Assembly: GCA_943369735.1 (NCBI GenBank)
Contig: CALROJ020000003.1
Location: 4,701-68,700, forward strand
Length of the DNA: 64,000 bases
Direction of reading: 5' to 3'
Source: a bacterium Ga0077546
Lineage (GTDB): Bacteria > Cyanobacteriota > Vampirovibrionia > Obscuribacterales > Obscuribacteraceae
Shown here: positions 21,628 through 31,374 of the stretch, in pieces
Position numbering within the stretch: position 1 is the stretch's first letter
Layout: every line of letters begins with the position of its first letter
Notes under the pieces: generated by a model
What the model was told of the DNA's origin: nothing
Database searches by the model: none
What the model saw: the letters and a program-made list of their open reading frames with translations, nothing else
Program-made: the position numbers and the translations under genes

Positions 21628-22599
21628 CTAGCCGAGTTTTTCGCCGCAATTGCCGCAAAAACCAAACGATACTGGCATTTCCTTTGAGCACTTGCCGCAG
21701 TTGCGCAAGTTCACTCCGAGATTGACGCCTTCGGCGTCGCCAGCTGCTTTACAGCGAATCTTGGCGTAGTTAATCGGTTGCTTCTTGCGGAAGGCCTTGA
21801 GACCTTCAGCTGTTTCGTAACTACCAGCATGCAGTGATAGCCAGTCGCGGGCATGACCAACGGTCATTGCCCAAGAGAAATCGCGCCACATATTTAGTTG
21901 TTGCTTGGTGTAGCGTGTACATTCAGGCAGCTTGTTATAGAGTTTTTCTGCCATCTCAGCTACTGTTGCGTCGAGCATAGAGGCCGGGACGACTTGATTG
22001 ACGAGGCCCCAGTCAAGAGCGGTGTAGGCATCTACGCTTTCGCAAAGTAGTAGCATTTCGCGGGCGCGGCGGTCGCCAATCATCATTGGCAGCCATTGGG
22101 TGGCACCACCAGCAGCGACACTGCCGCGAGCAGCGCCGACTTGGCGAATGGTAACGTGGTCGGCAGCAATAGCTAAATCGCAAGCCATGTTGAGCTCATT
22201 TCCACCGCCTACAACCATGCCGTTTAAGCGGGCGATGGTCGGCTTGCCGATATTGCGCAAGCGATCGTGCATTTCAATGAATGTGTACATCCATTTGTGG
22301 TAGTTATTTGGTTTCTTGAGAATATGATCTTCTTGTTCTTTCAGGTCGGCACCGGTGCAGAAGGCTTTCTCTCCTGCCCCAGTAATTACCACTACGGCAA
22401 TGGCATCATCAGAACCACAGTCTAAAAAGGCTGTACCTAGCTCTTTCAGTGTCAGTGTATCAAAGCAGTTCAGTACGTCAGGGCGATTGATTGTAATCGT
22501 TGCAACGTAACTCTCTTTTTTGTAGATGATTCTTTTGAATCCGTAGTTTTCAGCGGGCATGCCGGTGAATACTACATCGGGCGATGTTACCTGTGGCAT
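21628..22599 (-). CDS. crotonase-superfamily enzyme (MenB/BadI-like) with C-terminal 4-Cys zinc ribbon
   Basis: ITINRPDVLNCF, GAGEKAFCTGADL and NGMVVGGGNELNMACD define the crotonase core. The last roughly 30 aa read NCGKCSKEMPVSFGFCGNCGEKLG. Confidence 0.7.
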   Translation of the reverse strand: MPQVTSPDVVFTGMPAENYGFKRIIYKKESYVATITINRPDVLNCFDTLTLKELGTAFLDCGSDDAIAVVVITGAGEKAFCTGADLKEQEDHILKKPNNYHKWMYTFIEMHDRLRNIGKPTIARLNGMVVGGGNELNMACDLAIAADHVTIRQVGAARGSVAAGGATQWLPMMIGDRRAREMLLLCESVDAYTALDWGLVNQVVPASMLDATVAEMAEKLYNKLPECTRYTKQQLNMWRDFSWAMTVGHARDWLSLHAGSYETAEGLKAFRKKQPINYAKIRCKAAGDAEGVNLGVNLRNCGKCSKEMPVSFGFCGNCGEKLG

Positions 22600-22644
22600 T
22601 CCGATACCTTCTTATGTTCTCGTCTTATGTTTTGTACTTATGTT

Positions 22645-22962
22645 TTAAACTGTAGCTGGTACTTTTTCGACTTCAGCAAACATCATTGAGACTAGCTCTT
22701 TAGCAAAGCCCATGAGGTTTTTGGCTGAAGCTCTGCCTTCTGGGCTAGACATGGCCGCATCAAGTGCTTCTTTGTTTTCGAAGTATAGTTCGGCCATCAT
22801 GTAGTATTCGGCAGTGCCCATTGGTGCGCCGGTTACGCGTGAAACTTCAGCTTTGAGCAGGCCAGGCATCTTCATAGTTAGGGGAATGTGAGTATTGAAG
22901 TATTGATTGTCGAAATCAGCACTGTCAGCTGGGGTTTTGTAGAGAGCAATGAGCTTAACCAT
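22645..22962 (-). CDS. EthD-family protein
   Basis: 105-aa ORF. MVKLIALYKTPADSADFDNQYFNTHIPL..YYMMAELYFENKEALDAAMSSPEG matches the EthD/TIGR02118-type dimeric alpha-beta barrel pattern. Confidence 0.55.
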   Translation of the reverse strand: MVKLIALYKTPADSADFDNQYFNTHIPLTMKMPGLLKAEVSRVTGAPMGTAEYYMMAELYFENKEALDAAMSSPEGRASAKNLMGFAKELVSMMFAEVEKVPATV

Positions 22963-23051
22963 GGTTGATTATCTTCCTTTTTTTTGCTGAAATCTTGTAC
23001 TGGTCCAGTTTTACTTCTAGTTTAGTTCTAGGCTTTTTCTAGGTTTTTCTT

Positions 23052-24404
23052 TTAGGTTTCCTTGCGCTTATCAATCACTCTCACTGCTTTGCCTTCACTG
23101 CGAGCTAAGGTTTTTGGTTTGAGCAAGGTAACATCAGCAGTGAGGCCGAGGCTGTCTTTTAAAAGTTTTTGAATATTTTCAGTGAGGCCAGTCATGTCTA
23201 AGTGGCCGTCTTCAAAGTGGCCCCATATATCAATTAGAGCTTCAGTCACTTCTACTTGAATTTCTAGGGTATCGAGTGCCTTTTTGCGGTCAATTACTAG
23301 TTGATAGTGTGGTGCTAATTCTTCCATCGAAAGTAAAGCTTTTTCGATTTCAGAGGGGTAGAGATTAACTCCGCGGATAATCAGCATGTCGTCAAGGCGC
23401 GCTCTCACTCTCACCATGCGCCTCATAGTGCGGCCGCAGACACAGGGTTCGGGAATTAGAGTAGAGAGATCACCAGTGCGATAGCGAATTACTGGAATTG
23501 CTTCTTTGGTCAGAGTGGTGAAGACAAGCTCCCCTTCTTGGCCGTCAGGGAGAACTTCGCCAGTAATTGGATCAACAATCTCAGCAATGAACAAATCTTC
23601 CCAAATATGCAGGCCGTGCTTGGCTTCGATGCACTCAACTGAGACTCCTGGCCCCATTACTTCACTCAAGCCGTAAATATCAAGGGCCTGAATTTGTAGA
23701 AGATTTTCTAACTGGCCGCGCATTTCTTCTGTCCATGGTTCAGCACCAAAGATACCGATTTCGAGATTCATAGACTTTCGTGGAATCTTCATTTCGGCCA
23801 TGGTGTAGGCCATGTTCAAAGCGTAAGACGGAGTGGAAAGCAGAATGCGAGCGCCAAAGTCTTGCAGCAGCATAATTTGCTGTTGGGTGCGACCGCCACT
23901 GGCAGGCACCACTGTACAACCAAGGCGCTCGGCACCATAGTGCATACCCAGGCCGCCGGTGAATAGACCGTAACCATAGCTGTTGTGGAGGACGTCGCTT
24001 GGTCTTGTGCCTGCACAGGCTAGTGCGCGAGCGCAAGCTTCGGCCCAGTTTTCAATATCGCCTTTGGTGTAGCCAACTACAGTTGGTTTCCCTTTGGTGC
24101 CAGAGCTGGCGTGTAGTCGATTGACCTCGCTCATTGGTTTGGCAAATAAGCCAAATGGATAATTGTCGCGCAAATCGCTTTTTTTCATGAAAGGCAACTG
24201 GGCGAGTTCTTTGACGCTCTTCATGGCGTCAATTTTGTCGGCAGTCATTCCTGCTTGGCTGAAGCGCTCACGCAAGAGCGGTACATTGGCATAGACCTGC
24301 CGCAGGGTTTCTTTCAAGCGCGTCAGCTGGAGAGCCTCAAGGCTTGTGCGATCGATTGACTCGACAGCTTTGTTCCACATAAATACTTCTGTCTTTGTTA
24401 GCAT
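23052..24404 (-). CDS. paaK: phenylacetate-CoA ligase family (PaaK/F390 synthetase-like) adenylating enzyme
   Basis: LPFMKKSDLRDNYPFGLFA, HASSGTKGKPTVVGYT and YRTGD resemble PaaK. An alternative start is the ATG at 24380. Confidence 0.8.
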   Translation of the reverse strand: MLTKTEVFMWNKAVESIDRTSLEALQLTRLKETLRQVYANVPLLRERFSQAGMTADKIDAMKSVKELAQLPFMKKSDLRDNYPFGLFAKPMSEVNRLHASSGTKGKPTVVGYTKGDIENWAEACARALACAGTRPSDVLHNSYGYGLFTGGLGMHYGAERLGCTVVPASGGRTQQQIMLLQDFGARILLSTPSYALNMAYTMAEMKIPRKSMNLEIGIFGAEPWTEEMRGQLENLLQIQALDIYGLSEVMGPGVSVECIEAKHGLHIWEDLFIAEIVDPITGEVLPDGQEGELVFTTLTKEAIPVIRYRTGDLSTLIPEPCVCGRTMRRMVRVRARLDDMLIIRGVNLYPSEIEKALLSMEELAPHYQLVIDRKKALDTLEIQVEVTEALIDIWGHFEDGHLDMTGLTENIQKLLKDSLGLTADVTLLKPKTLARSEGKAVRVIDKRKET

Positions 24405-24606
24405 TGCTTTGCGGTTGTCACGGTGTGCGATTTTGCAGCTTAATATATATCACGGGCAGGGGGGCGACCCCTCCATTCTCAATATTCTGTCTATTTTTCA
24501 CTGCTTTTCTGCGCTTTTCGCTCTAGGTTCTGTTTGCTTTCGTCGTTTTGGGCTACAGTCTAATCAGAAGCAAGAAAATAGAAACAAATGCCTTATATAG
24601 GAAGAC

Positions 24607-27600
24607 ATGGCGTCCGATCCTCTTGAAGTCGATAAACCTAACCTTAAAGCTAACCGCCCGTTCTGGTCAGATAAAGTGGTCTGGCTTCTCATGGTCTTGG
24701 CACTGGTAGGCTTTGGCCTTTATGTCAAGCTTGATACCCGAGTTTTTCCTTCTGCCTCTATAGATCTCAAGTACAGTCGCGAGCAAATCGCCAAACAGTC
24801 TCGTGACCGTGCTGAAATTTGTGGTTATAAAACCCAGTCGACAATTGAGTCGACTACATTCACCTTTTTTAACGAAAGCAAGACCTTTCTAGAATATGAG
24901 CTTGGCCTCGATGAAGCCAACCGCTTGATGAAAGACAAAGTACCGGTCTGGGCTTGGACCACCCGCTATTGCAAGCAAAATGACTTAGAGCAATTTCGTG
25001 TTTGGCTTTCGCCCACGGGCAAGCTGTTGGCTTTCATGCACAGCTTCGAAGATGAGCGGGCCATGCCCACCATTAAGCATGAAGAGGCACTGGCTCGGGC
25101 GCAGACTTTCTTAGAAACAGAAGTTAAGCGACCCATGGCCGGATTGAAATTGGTGCGCGATGAAACCACTACCAAGGCCCACCGCGACGACCATTCCTTT
25201 ACTTGGGAAGATACCAGTGGTGAAAGCGATTTCAAGGGCGCCAAGCTGCGCTACTACGTAGCTTTTGCTGGCAATGAACTAAGTGAATATTCTTCCTTCC
25301 TCAACATTCCTGATGAATGGAAACGCAAGTACAGCAAAGTGCGTTCGATGAATGAACTCTTGCAAAATATTGCCAATATCTTTTATGGAACATTGCAAGC
25401 TCTGGCAGTATTAGTGGTGCCATGGGCTTTGACGCGCAAGCAGATGCGCTGGCGCTTTGCTATTTTTGGCGGCTTAGTGACAGCCATTGTTGGTGCTCTT
25501 GATGCTGTCAACGACTATTCATCAGTAATTGATAGCTACGACCCGAGTAGTTCGTATCGCGACTATATGGTCTCTTACTATTTCCGTCAGGCTGTTGCCA
25601 CAATTAGTTCTTTCGTTTCTGGTGTATTGCTCTTTGGTGGCGCTGATGTAATTTATCGCTTGTGCTATCCCAAGCGCATTGCCCTAGAAAATTTCTTGAC
25701 GCTTAGAGGCTTTGCCAGCAAAGAAGGGCGCACGGCTGTTCTTGTCGGCTACTGTGTCTTTGCTGTTCACTTGGGCTGGATTATTGCCTATTACATTATG
25801 GGTGAGAAGTTAAATTTCTGGTGCCCACTTGGAGTGGATGACTATCAACTACTCGGTAGCGCGGTGCCTTTCTTCTCTGCCGTCTCGCTGGGTATACATG
25901 CTGCCACCCAAGAAGAAACAATCGCTCGTGTAGTGGCTCTTAGCTTGATGGAAAAGCTCACTGGCCGCTTCTGGATTGCCAATCTCTTTCAGTCAGCCTC
26001 CTGGGGCTTCATGCACAGTTCCTATCCGCAACAACCAGCTTATGCTCGTGGAGTTGAGCTAACTATTGGTGGGCTTTTCTACGGCTACATTATGCGGCGC
26101 TATGGACTTCTGCCCTGTTTCATTGGCCATTACTTAGTTGATGCCTTCCTCACTGTCAAACCCTTATTTTCAGCAGAAGCACCTTGGCTTAGGGCCTCGG
26201 GCTTGTTGCCTCTGATTCCCTTTGTGGTGGCAACGATTGTGTCGTTGCTCTACGACTATTACAAGAAGAAAAAAGGAGCGTCTTCTTCTTCTTCAGAGAA
26301 AGGCCTGGCGGAAACAGCGACAGCAGATTCTTCTACAACAGATTCTTCTACAACAGATCCAGACGCCGCTTTATACAATGACGCATTGCCGCTGCACCCT
26401 GTTGAAATCAAGCCACTGGCTGATGAGGGCGAGGCCTACACTTATCATCCCTTTAAACGCAAAACCAAGTGGATACTAGCAATTATTGGAATTTGTGGTA
26501 TCACTTTCTCCTTCTGTACCAGTACCCCACTGCCAGGCGATCGCAGCCGCGTTACCATTGATCGCGAGCGCGCCATTGTTCGTGCCAAAGAGATACTGAA
26601 GCGCAACGGAGTTGAACCCGATTCTTATTTGAATGTGGCTTCGCTTGCCACCAACGTTTCTGCTGAAGAAATGCAATATATATTTGAGCAGCGTAAGTTG
26701 GCTGCTACTCTTGATTTGGCCAATATTACTCAGCCCGGTTTTATCTGGTCTGTGCGTTTCTTCCGCTTTCTTGACCCCACCGAATACAAAGTCGAATTGT
26801 ATGGCGATGGCCGTGAATATTCGTTTGATATAACTGAAGATGATGACGCTCCCGGGGCCAGTATCACTAAGCCTGAGGCTGAGACGCTTGCTCTGGCCTA
26901 TGTCAAACGGGTGCACCCTGAGTACAAGGATGTTTTCATCGATAAGTCGTCATGGTCCAAGCGCAAGAGACGAACTGACTATGATGTTGAGTGCAAGGTG
27001 CCGTCACTAAAAGTCGCTGAAGCCGATTACAAAATTACATTGCAAGTTGTAGGCAATGTTCCATGTAACTTTTCCCAGGCCTGGCAATTGCCGCAGAAAT
27101 GGCGCTTTGAGCGCTCCAAAGAAACTAGCAAAGACCATATTTTCAAAGGCATGCGTGACGTTGCATACTACGTTATGGGTGGCCTCACTCTTTGGTGGGG
27201 CATTGGCATTTTGCGCTCAGGGGCAGTTCGTTGGCGGCCCGGCATTTTTATAGGTATAGCCACTGGCCTTCTGGTGCTGCCAGAAGAGTTTAACCATTGG
27301 CCGGTTTTTCTCAACCAATACACTGATAGTTCGCTCTCGCAGTCAGCCTTTATTCTCAATCAGCTGCTCGGACTTGTTAAAGACTCGACTGGCAAGATGG
27401 TAGCTACATTTGTTTCTATTACTCTTGGTCTGGCTGTCTATCGCCTGCTCTCGCCAAAACTTGGCATTATGTCTGTTGTTAAAGCGGCATTTAGGCCAAG
27501 TGGAGTGGCACCAAGGCTGATGCAAGAGCAGATGTGGCTAGATGGCATTCTAGTGGCAATGGCCTGGGCTGCACTTAATCAAACCAAAGACTCACTGCTC

Positions 27601-28146
27601 GATTTTGCTCTATCGTGGTTCTCTCCTGAGATTCGCACGGCCTCGTTGAGTAGCTTGGCTAATCTTACCGATTATATTTTTCCTGTAGCATCCGATCTAA
27701 TTGAGCTCGCGCCATCTCTATTGGCAGCGGCTACCATGGCCCTTATTGGCGCTGGTCTATACAATAAATATGTGCCGCGATTTAGCCTGTTTCTTGTTTT
27801 CGTTTTTCTTGCCACCATGCTCAAGTACAGTTATGCGCGGCACTGGCAAGACTTTGTTATGTACGTCGTCTCTGACACATTGCAGCAGATTATTTTCTTT
27901 GTTTTTGTTGCCAGGCTGGCTCGCTTCAACCCGGTTGCCTACTTGGTTAAAGTTGTGATTGATGATTCACTGCCGCTGATTTATGTTATTTGGATCTTCG
28001 GCTGGCCTTGCTTCGCTCCAACCTTCTTCTCACTGATTATCTATGCTCTCTTGCCGCTACTGGTGTTGGCCTACTATCGCGCCCGCAACAAGCGTTTGAG
28101 TGCTACTAATCCAGCTATTGCTGCCTCGGTAGAAAAGTCTGAGTAA
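24607..28146 (+). CDS. very large polytopic membrane protein containing a CPBP (CAAX/Abi-type) intramembrane protease domain
   Basis: The three CPBP motifs appear in order: EETIAR (about 25912), FMH (about 26008) and HYLVD (about 26128). There are roughly 20 hydrophobic segments and a Lys/Ser/Thr/Asp low-complexity linker near the middle. Confidence 0.6.
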   Translation: MASDPLEVDKPNLKANRPFWSDKVVWLLMVLALVGFGLYVKLDTRVFPSASIDLKYSREQIAKQSRDRAEICGYKTQSTIESTTFTFFNESKTFLEYELGLDEANRLMKDKVPVWAWTTRYCKQNDLEQFRVWLSPTGKLLAFMHSFEDERAMPTIKHEEALARAQTFLETEVKRPMAGLKLVRDETTTKAHRDDHSFTWEDTSGESDFKGAKLRYYVAFAGNELSEYSSFLNIPDEWKRKYSKVRSMNELLQNIANIFYGTLQALAVLVVPWALTRKQMRWRFAIFGGLVTAIVGALDAVNDYSSVIDSYDPSSSYRDYMVSYYFRQAVATISSFVSGVLLFGGADVIYRLCYPKRIALENFLTLRGFASKEGRTAVLVGYCVFAVHLGWIIAYYIMGEKLNFWCPLGVDDYQLLGSAVPFFSAVSLGIHAATQEETIARVVALSLMEKLTGRFWIANLFQSASWGFMHSSYPQQPAYARGVELTIGGLFYGYIMRRYGLLPCFIGHYLVDAFLTVKPLFSAEAPWLRASGLLPLIPFVVATIVSLLYDYYKKKKGASSSSSEKGLAETATADSSTTDSSTTDPDAALYNDALPLHPVEIKPLADEGEAYTYHPFKRKTKWILAIIGICGITFSFCTSTPLPGDRSRVTIDRERAIVRAKEILKRNGVEPDSYLNVASLATNVSAEEMQYIFEQRKLAATLDLANITQPGFIWSVRFFRFLDPTEYKVELYGDGREYSFDITEDDDAPGASITKPEAETLALAYVKRVHPEYKDVFIDKSSWSKRKRRTDYDVECKVPSLKVAEADYKITLQVVGNVPCNFSQAWQLPQKWRFERSKETSKDHIFKGMRDVAYYVMGGLTLWWGIGILRSGAVRWRPGIFIGIATGLLVLPEEFNHWPVFLNQYTDSSLSQSAFILNQLLGLVKDSTGKMVATFVSITLGLAVYRLLSPKLGIMSVVKAAFRPSGVAPRLMQEQMWLDGILVAMAWAALNQTKDSLLDFALSWFSPEIRTASLSSLANLTDYIFPVASDLIELAPSLLAAATMALIGAGLYNKYVPRFSLFLVFVFLATMLKYSYARHWQDFVMYVVSDTLQQIIFFVFVARLARFNPVAYLVKVVIDDSLPLIYVIWIFGWPCFAPTFFSLIIYALLPLLVLAYYRARNKRLSATNPAIAASVEKSE

Positions 28147-28149
28147 TGC

Positions 28150-29091
28150 CTATTTGTTTTCGATTACTGGCTCTGCTGTAACTGGCACCGGCGGGCGGAA
28201 ATTCTTCAGTACTATTTCTTTTTCTTGTTTGTCATTGGAATCGGCGGCAACCACTAAAACTGGATCGGCAATGACAAAGTGAAAGACTGTGAAAGGCTGT
28301 CTTTGATCTCGCCTGACCATATGCAGGCGCAGACGGGCTGATTTGAGCCGGGGTAAGCGGGCTGCTATGGCTTCCTTGCTTAGCATAGTACCATCGGCTA
28401 ACTTAACAGCTCCAGCATCTTTGGGAGTGTTGTAGCGTGCGGCTTCGCCGAATAATTCCTTTTCTAAGGCGCTCTGGTCTGGCCGCTCTGTCTTCTCTGG
28501 CTGGTCTGCTCTGCTCTGGCTCTGGCCCGCTGTTTTTTGTCGGTTGACTAAATTCTTCGAAGCTTCTGGCTGGTCTGCTGTACCTTTATCGAGGCTTGGC
28601 CGCATGCGCAGAGTCAGGCCCTTATATGATTCATGGTCAGGATCGGCAAGAAACTGTTCAAATTGTTCAGCGGTCATGTCATAGCCATAGGCCATGTCGA
28701 GGGGCAGAAATAACGGCCGGTATTGATTGAAGCGAAGTGGAATAGAAACCTCAAAGTCTTCGGGCTTATCTAATATTGAAAAGTTTTTAGTCTCTGACTT
28801 CATTGCCTTGACTTCGGCTGGTCCGGTTTCAAAGTCGCGCCCCATTAAGCAGGCTAAATTTGGTTCTTCGCCCGAGCTATAAAATAGATATGAAACCCAG
28901 CCTAGTTTGGCCGGGCAGCGACAGACATTGCCGCCAAAAGCTGCGACAACTTTGCCATAGTCATTGTTTTGTACATGCTTCACAAATAATGAGGCATGGC
29001 GACTAGGATCAGACGGCTGATCGCCCCTGAACGCCTGAAACAAGACGATCAGGAAACAAGCGATTAAAAATAAGGGAAGAATCACCCGCAT
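28150..29091 (-). CDS. hypothetical membrane-anchored protein
   Basis: I prefer the ATG at 29091 (MRVILPLFLIACFLIVLF, a TM anchor). The track start at 29271 would overlap the divergent gene. No motif recognised. Confidence 0.45.
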   Translation of the reverse strand: MRVILPLFLIACFLIVLFQAFRGDQPSDPSRHASLFVKHVQNNDYGKVVAAFGGNVCRCPAKLGWVSYLFYSSGEEPNLACLMGRDFETGPAEVKAMKSETKNFSILDKPEDFEVSIPLRFNQYRPLFLPLDMAYGYDMTAEQFEQFLADPDHESYKGLTLRMRPSLDKGTADQPEASKNLVNRQKTAGQSQSRADQPEKTERPDQSALEKELFGEAARYNTPKDAGAVKLADGTMLSKEAIAARLPRLKSARLRLHMVRRDQRQPFTVFHFVIADPVLVVAADSNDKQEKEIVLKNFRPPVPVTAEPVIENK

Positions 29092-29167
29092 TCCCCGAGT
29101 GTAACTTGGATTTGGCTGTGATACTATCCCCTTTAATTTCTCAGCTTTTTTGTAAGAGGCGTAAGCT

Positions 29168-30631
29168 ATGGACCTACTTGGAAACGCTGGCCTGGTAGCT
29201 AAAAATCTGCCTGCCTTATTGCTGGGGCTGACAATATTTGTCTTTCTCTTTGACCTCGTGCGCAACCGCACTTGGGCTAATTTAGAGCCAGCTAAAGTGA
29301 CTGGTCAGGTCAAGGCTCTAGGTGTCACCGCCGCTGCGGGAGCTCTAGTTCTCGGGCTTGTATCTGCTGCTGGCCAACCCTTTAGTGATATTGCTTACTA
29401 TTTCGTTGGCTTAGCACTTACTTATGTTTTTGCCACTCTCACCCTCAAGCCAGCCATGCGTACCATGTTGCATCTTGCCTGTGCTGTTGCTCTGGCAATG
29501 TTTGTACCCGGCGACAAGCTCACTATGGCTGCTTGTTCTTACTTAATGGGAGCTGTTTCGATTCGCCTTGTCTTGAATATGCTCAAGCCGAAAGAGTCTA
29601 GGCTCGACGATATTGCCCCACCATTTGTTTATTTGTCAGCCATGCTTTTTGCAGCATGTGGAGCGGCAGGTGGTGGAAACGCTGATAAATTTAGCGGCAT
29701 GATCAACAGTGCTTTCATTGTCTCAACGCTCATGACCTTGATGCAAAGACCTTTTATGCGCGATGACAAAATATTAGTTAAGCGTCTGGTCTTAACCCTC
29801 TCTGGCGGCTTAGCTTATTTGGTGATGGTGACCAAGGCTGTCAACGCGCCTGAGTATGTGCGCCTTGCTGCTTTGGTTGGAGCTGGTTATGGCATGGCTT
29901 ATGCCCTTGATGCTATCGCAATTAAAAAAGATTGTGCCACCAGTGCCATTAAGCAAATATTGATCATCGGTATTTTCACTTTGCTGGCTACAAGGCTCTT
30001 TGGTAATCTCGGTATGGCCGCTCTAGGCGCAGGTTGTATGGTTGGTAATTTCAGCCAAATACCAGCTTGTGCTGCTATTTTCTTTGGCGCTCGCATTCTT
30101 GAGCAAGTATTTGCTTATGCCAATGTGTCGAACGTCACTGGTATCAATCTCAATCATCCTTATGTTAGTGCCGCCCTCTATCTCGGGCTCTTTTCGGCCC
30201 TAGGACTGATGGCCCTATTGAAAGATGTCTCAGACCGTCGGATTACCGCTGCTGCTTTCGCCACACTTTCAGCTGTTGGCACCTGTGCCGTCAGCTATTT
30301 CTTGCATAGTGAAGCTGCTGGTAGCTATCTCATTAGTTTGATTGTCTCTGCTGTGCTTGTGGCCATTGTTGGCCAAGCTTTCTTCCCTGATGAGGAAGAG
30401 AAAGTGGTCAATGTGGCATTGGTACCGGCACTGGCCACAAGCTGTGCCATGGTCTCGGCTGGTCTTTTGCAGCTTGGGCTCAATGCCACCATGGAAGAGC
30501 GCCTGACTGTAATTGGTGCCATGGGTGCCATCACTTTTGTAGTTTTGCTAGGCAGTTATTTCATGGGCCGCGGTAAAACAACAAATAATTCGGACAATTC
30601 AGGGCAGTCGGTAGCTGTCTCTGGAGATTAG
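29168..30631 (+). CDS. hypothetical polytopic membrane protein
   Basis: 487 aa, Ala/Gly/Leu-rich, with more than 10 hydrophobic segments. No motif recognised. Confidence 0.55.
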   Translation: MDLLGNAGLVAKNLPALLLGLTIFVFLFDLVRNRTWANLEPAKVTGQVKALGVTAAAGALVLGLVSAAGQPFSDIAYYFVGLALTYVFATLTLKPAMRTMLHLACAVALAMFVPGDKLTMAACSYLMGAVSIRLVLNMLKPKESRLDDIAPPFVYLSAMLFAACGAAGGGNADKFSGMINSAFIVSTLMTLMQRPFMRDDKILVKRLVLTLSGGLAYLVMVTKAVNAPEYVRLAALVGAGYGMAYALDAIAIKKDCATSAIKQILIIGIFTLLATRLFGNLGMAALGAGCMVGNFSQIPACAAIFFGARILEQVFAYANVSNVTGINLNHPYVSAALYLGLFSALGLMALLKDVSDRRITAAAFATLSAVGTCAVSYFLHSEAAGSYLISLIVSAVLVAIVGQAFFPDEEEKVVNVALVPALATSCAMVSAGLLQLGLNATMEERLTVIGAMGAITFVVLLGSYFMGRGKTTNNSDNSGQSVAVSGD

Positions 30632-31363
30632 GCTGGCCTGAGTATTTTTGTTCTCACTAGTCTTGTTTTCACTAATCTTGTTTCGGTCGCCGTCGAGATA
30701 AACTTCTACAAGCAAATTGCGGCCATCAAAGGCAAGTTCCCGGCGCCGCAGCTGACGGCTTTTGGCCTCGATTTTCATGGCGTCGGTGCCGAAGAATGAG
30801 ATAGCTAGTTCTTCAGGGGTTTCAATATCACAGCGAATTTGTACTGGTTGCTTGTAAGTATTGACTAGCTTCAAGTCAGCTTTGCCGTACCAGACCGTGG
30901 CATCTAGACCCGGAGGAACCGAGCGCACACAAGTGGTATGGGCCGCCCGCTCTTTCACTTGCAGCCCAGAGAGCAGGGCGGCTTGGTAGAGACAAGACGA
31001 AATTAGACAAATGCCACCACCTTCGCTGCTCACCCTAGAGCCGCCCAAGTAGCTGCCTGCCGGTACGAATCCACGACTGCCAGTGCGCGGCCCTACTCTG
31101 GCATTGAAAGAGAAGGTTTGACCTGGTTCTATTACTGCCCCATCTAAGGCTCTGGCGGCGGTGATGAAGTTTAGTCTTTGCTCGCGAGAGTAATGACTGA
31201 GGCTGACAGTGCGCCTTGCTACCTCGGCTTTGTAAGGGTGATCGTTAAAGTAGTAAGCTAGCAAGAAAATTGGCGTGGCAAAGAGGGCCAAGGTGGCTAG
31301 TTTTTGCGGCCAGTTTTTCTTGTTTTGCTTGTCTCTCTCTTCTTTCACAAATGGCTTACTCAT
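30599..31363 (-). CDS. VanW-domain protein
   Basis: N-terminal TM helix, then FSFNARVGPRT..GF and GGGICLISSCLYQAALLSGL, typical of VanW/YoaR domains. Confidence 0.7.
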   Translation of the reverse strand: MSKPFVKEERDKQNKKNWPQKLATLALFATPIFLLAYYFNDHPYKAEVARRTVSLSHYSREQRLNFITAARALDGAVIEPGQTFSFNARVGPRTGSRGFVPAGSYLGGSRVSSEGGGICLISSCLYQAALLSGLQVKERAAHTTCVRSVPPGLDATVWYGKADLKLVNTYKQPVQIRCDIETPEELAISFFGTDAMKIEAKSRQLRRRELAFDGRNLLVEVYLDGDRNKISENKTSENKNTQASLISRDSYRLP

Positions 31364-31374
31364 TTTTGGTCAAC

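Noticed and set aside
29168-31363. The 33-nt 3' overlap of convergent genes 29168-30631 and 30599-31363 as a regulatory antisense arrangement.
   Set aside because: The overlap falls within a low-complexity tail (NNSDNSGQSVAVSGD) of the plus-strand ORF and within the tail of the VanW ORF. It is more likely incidental, and the sequence alone gives no supporting signal.
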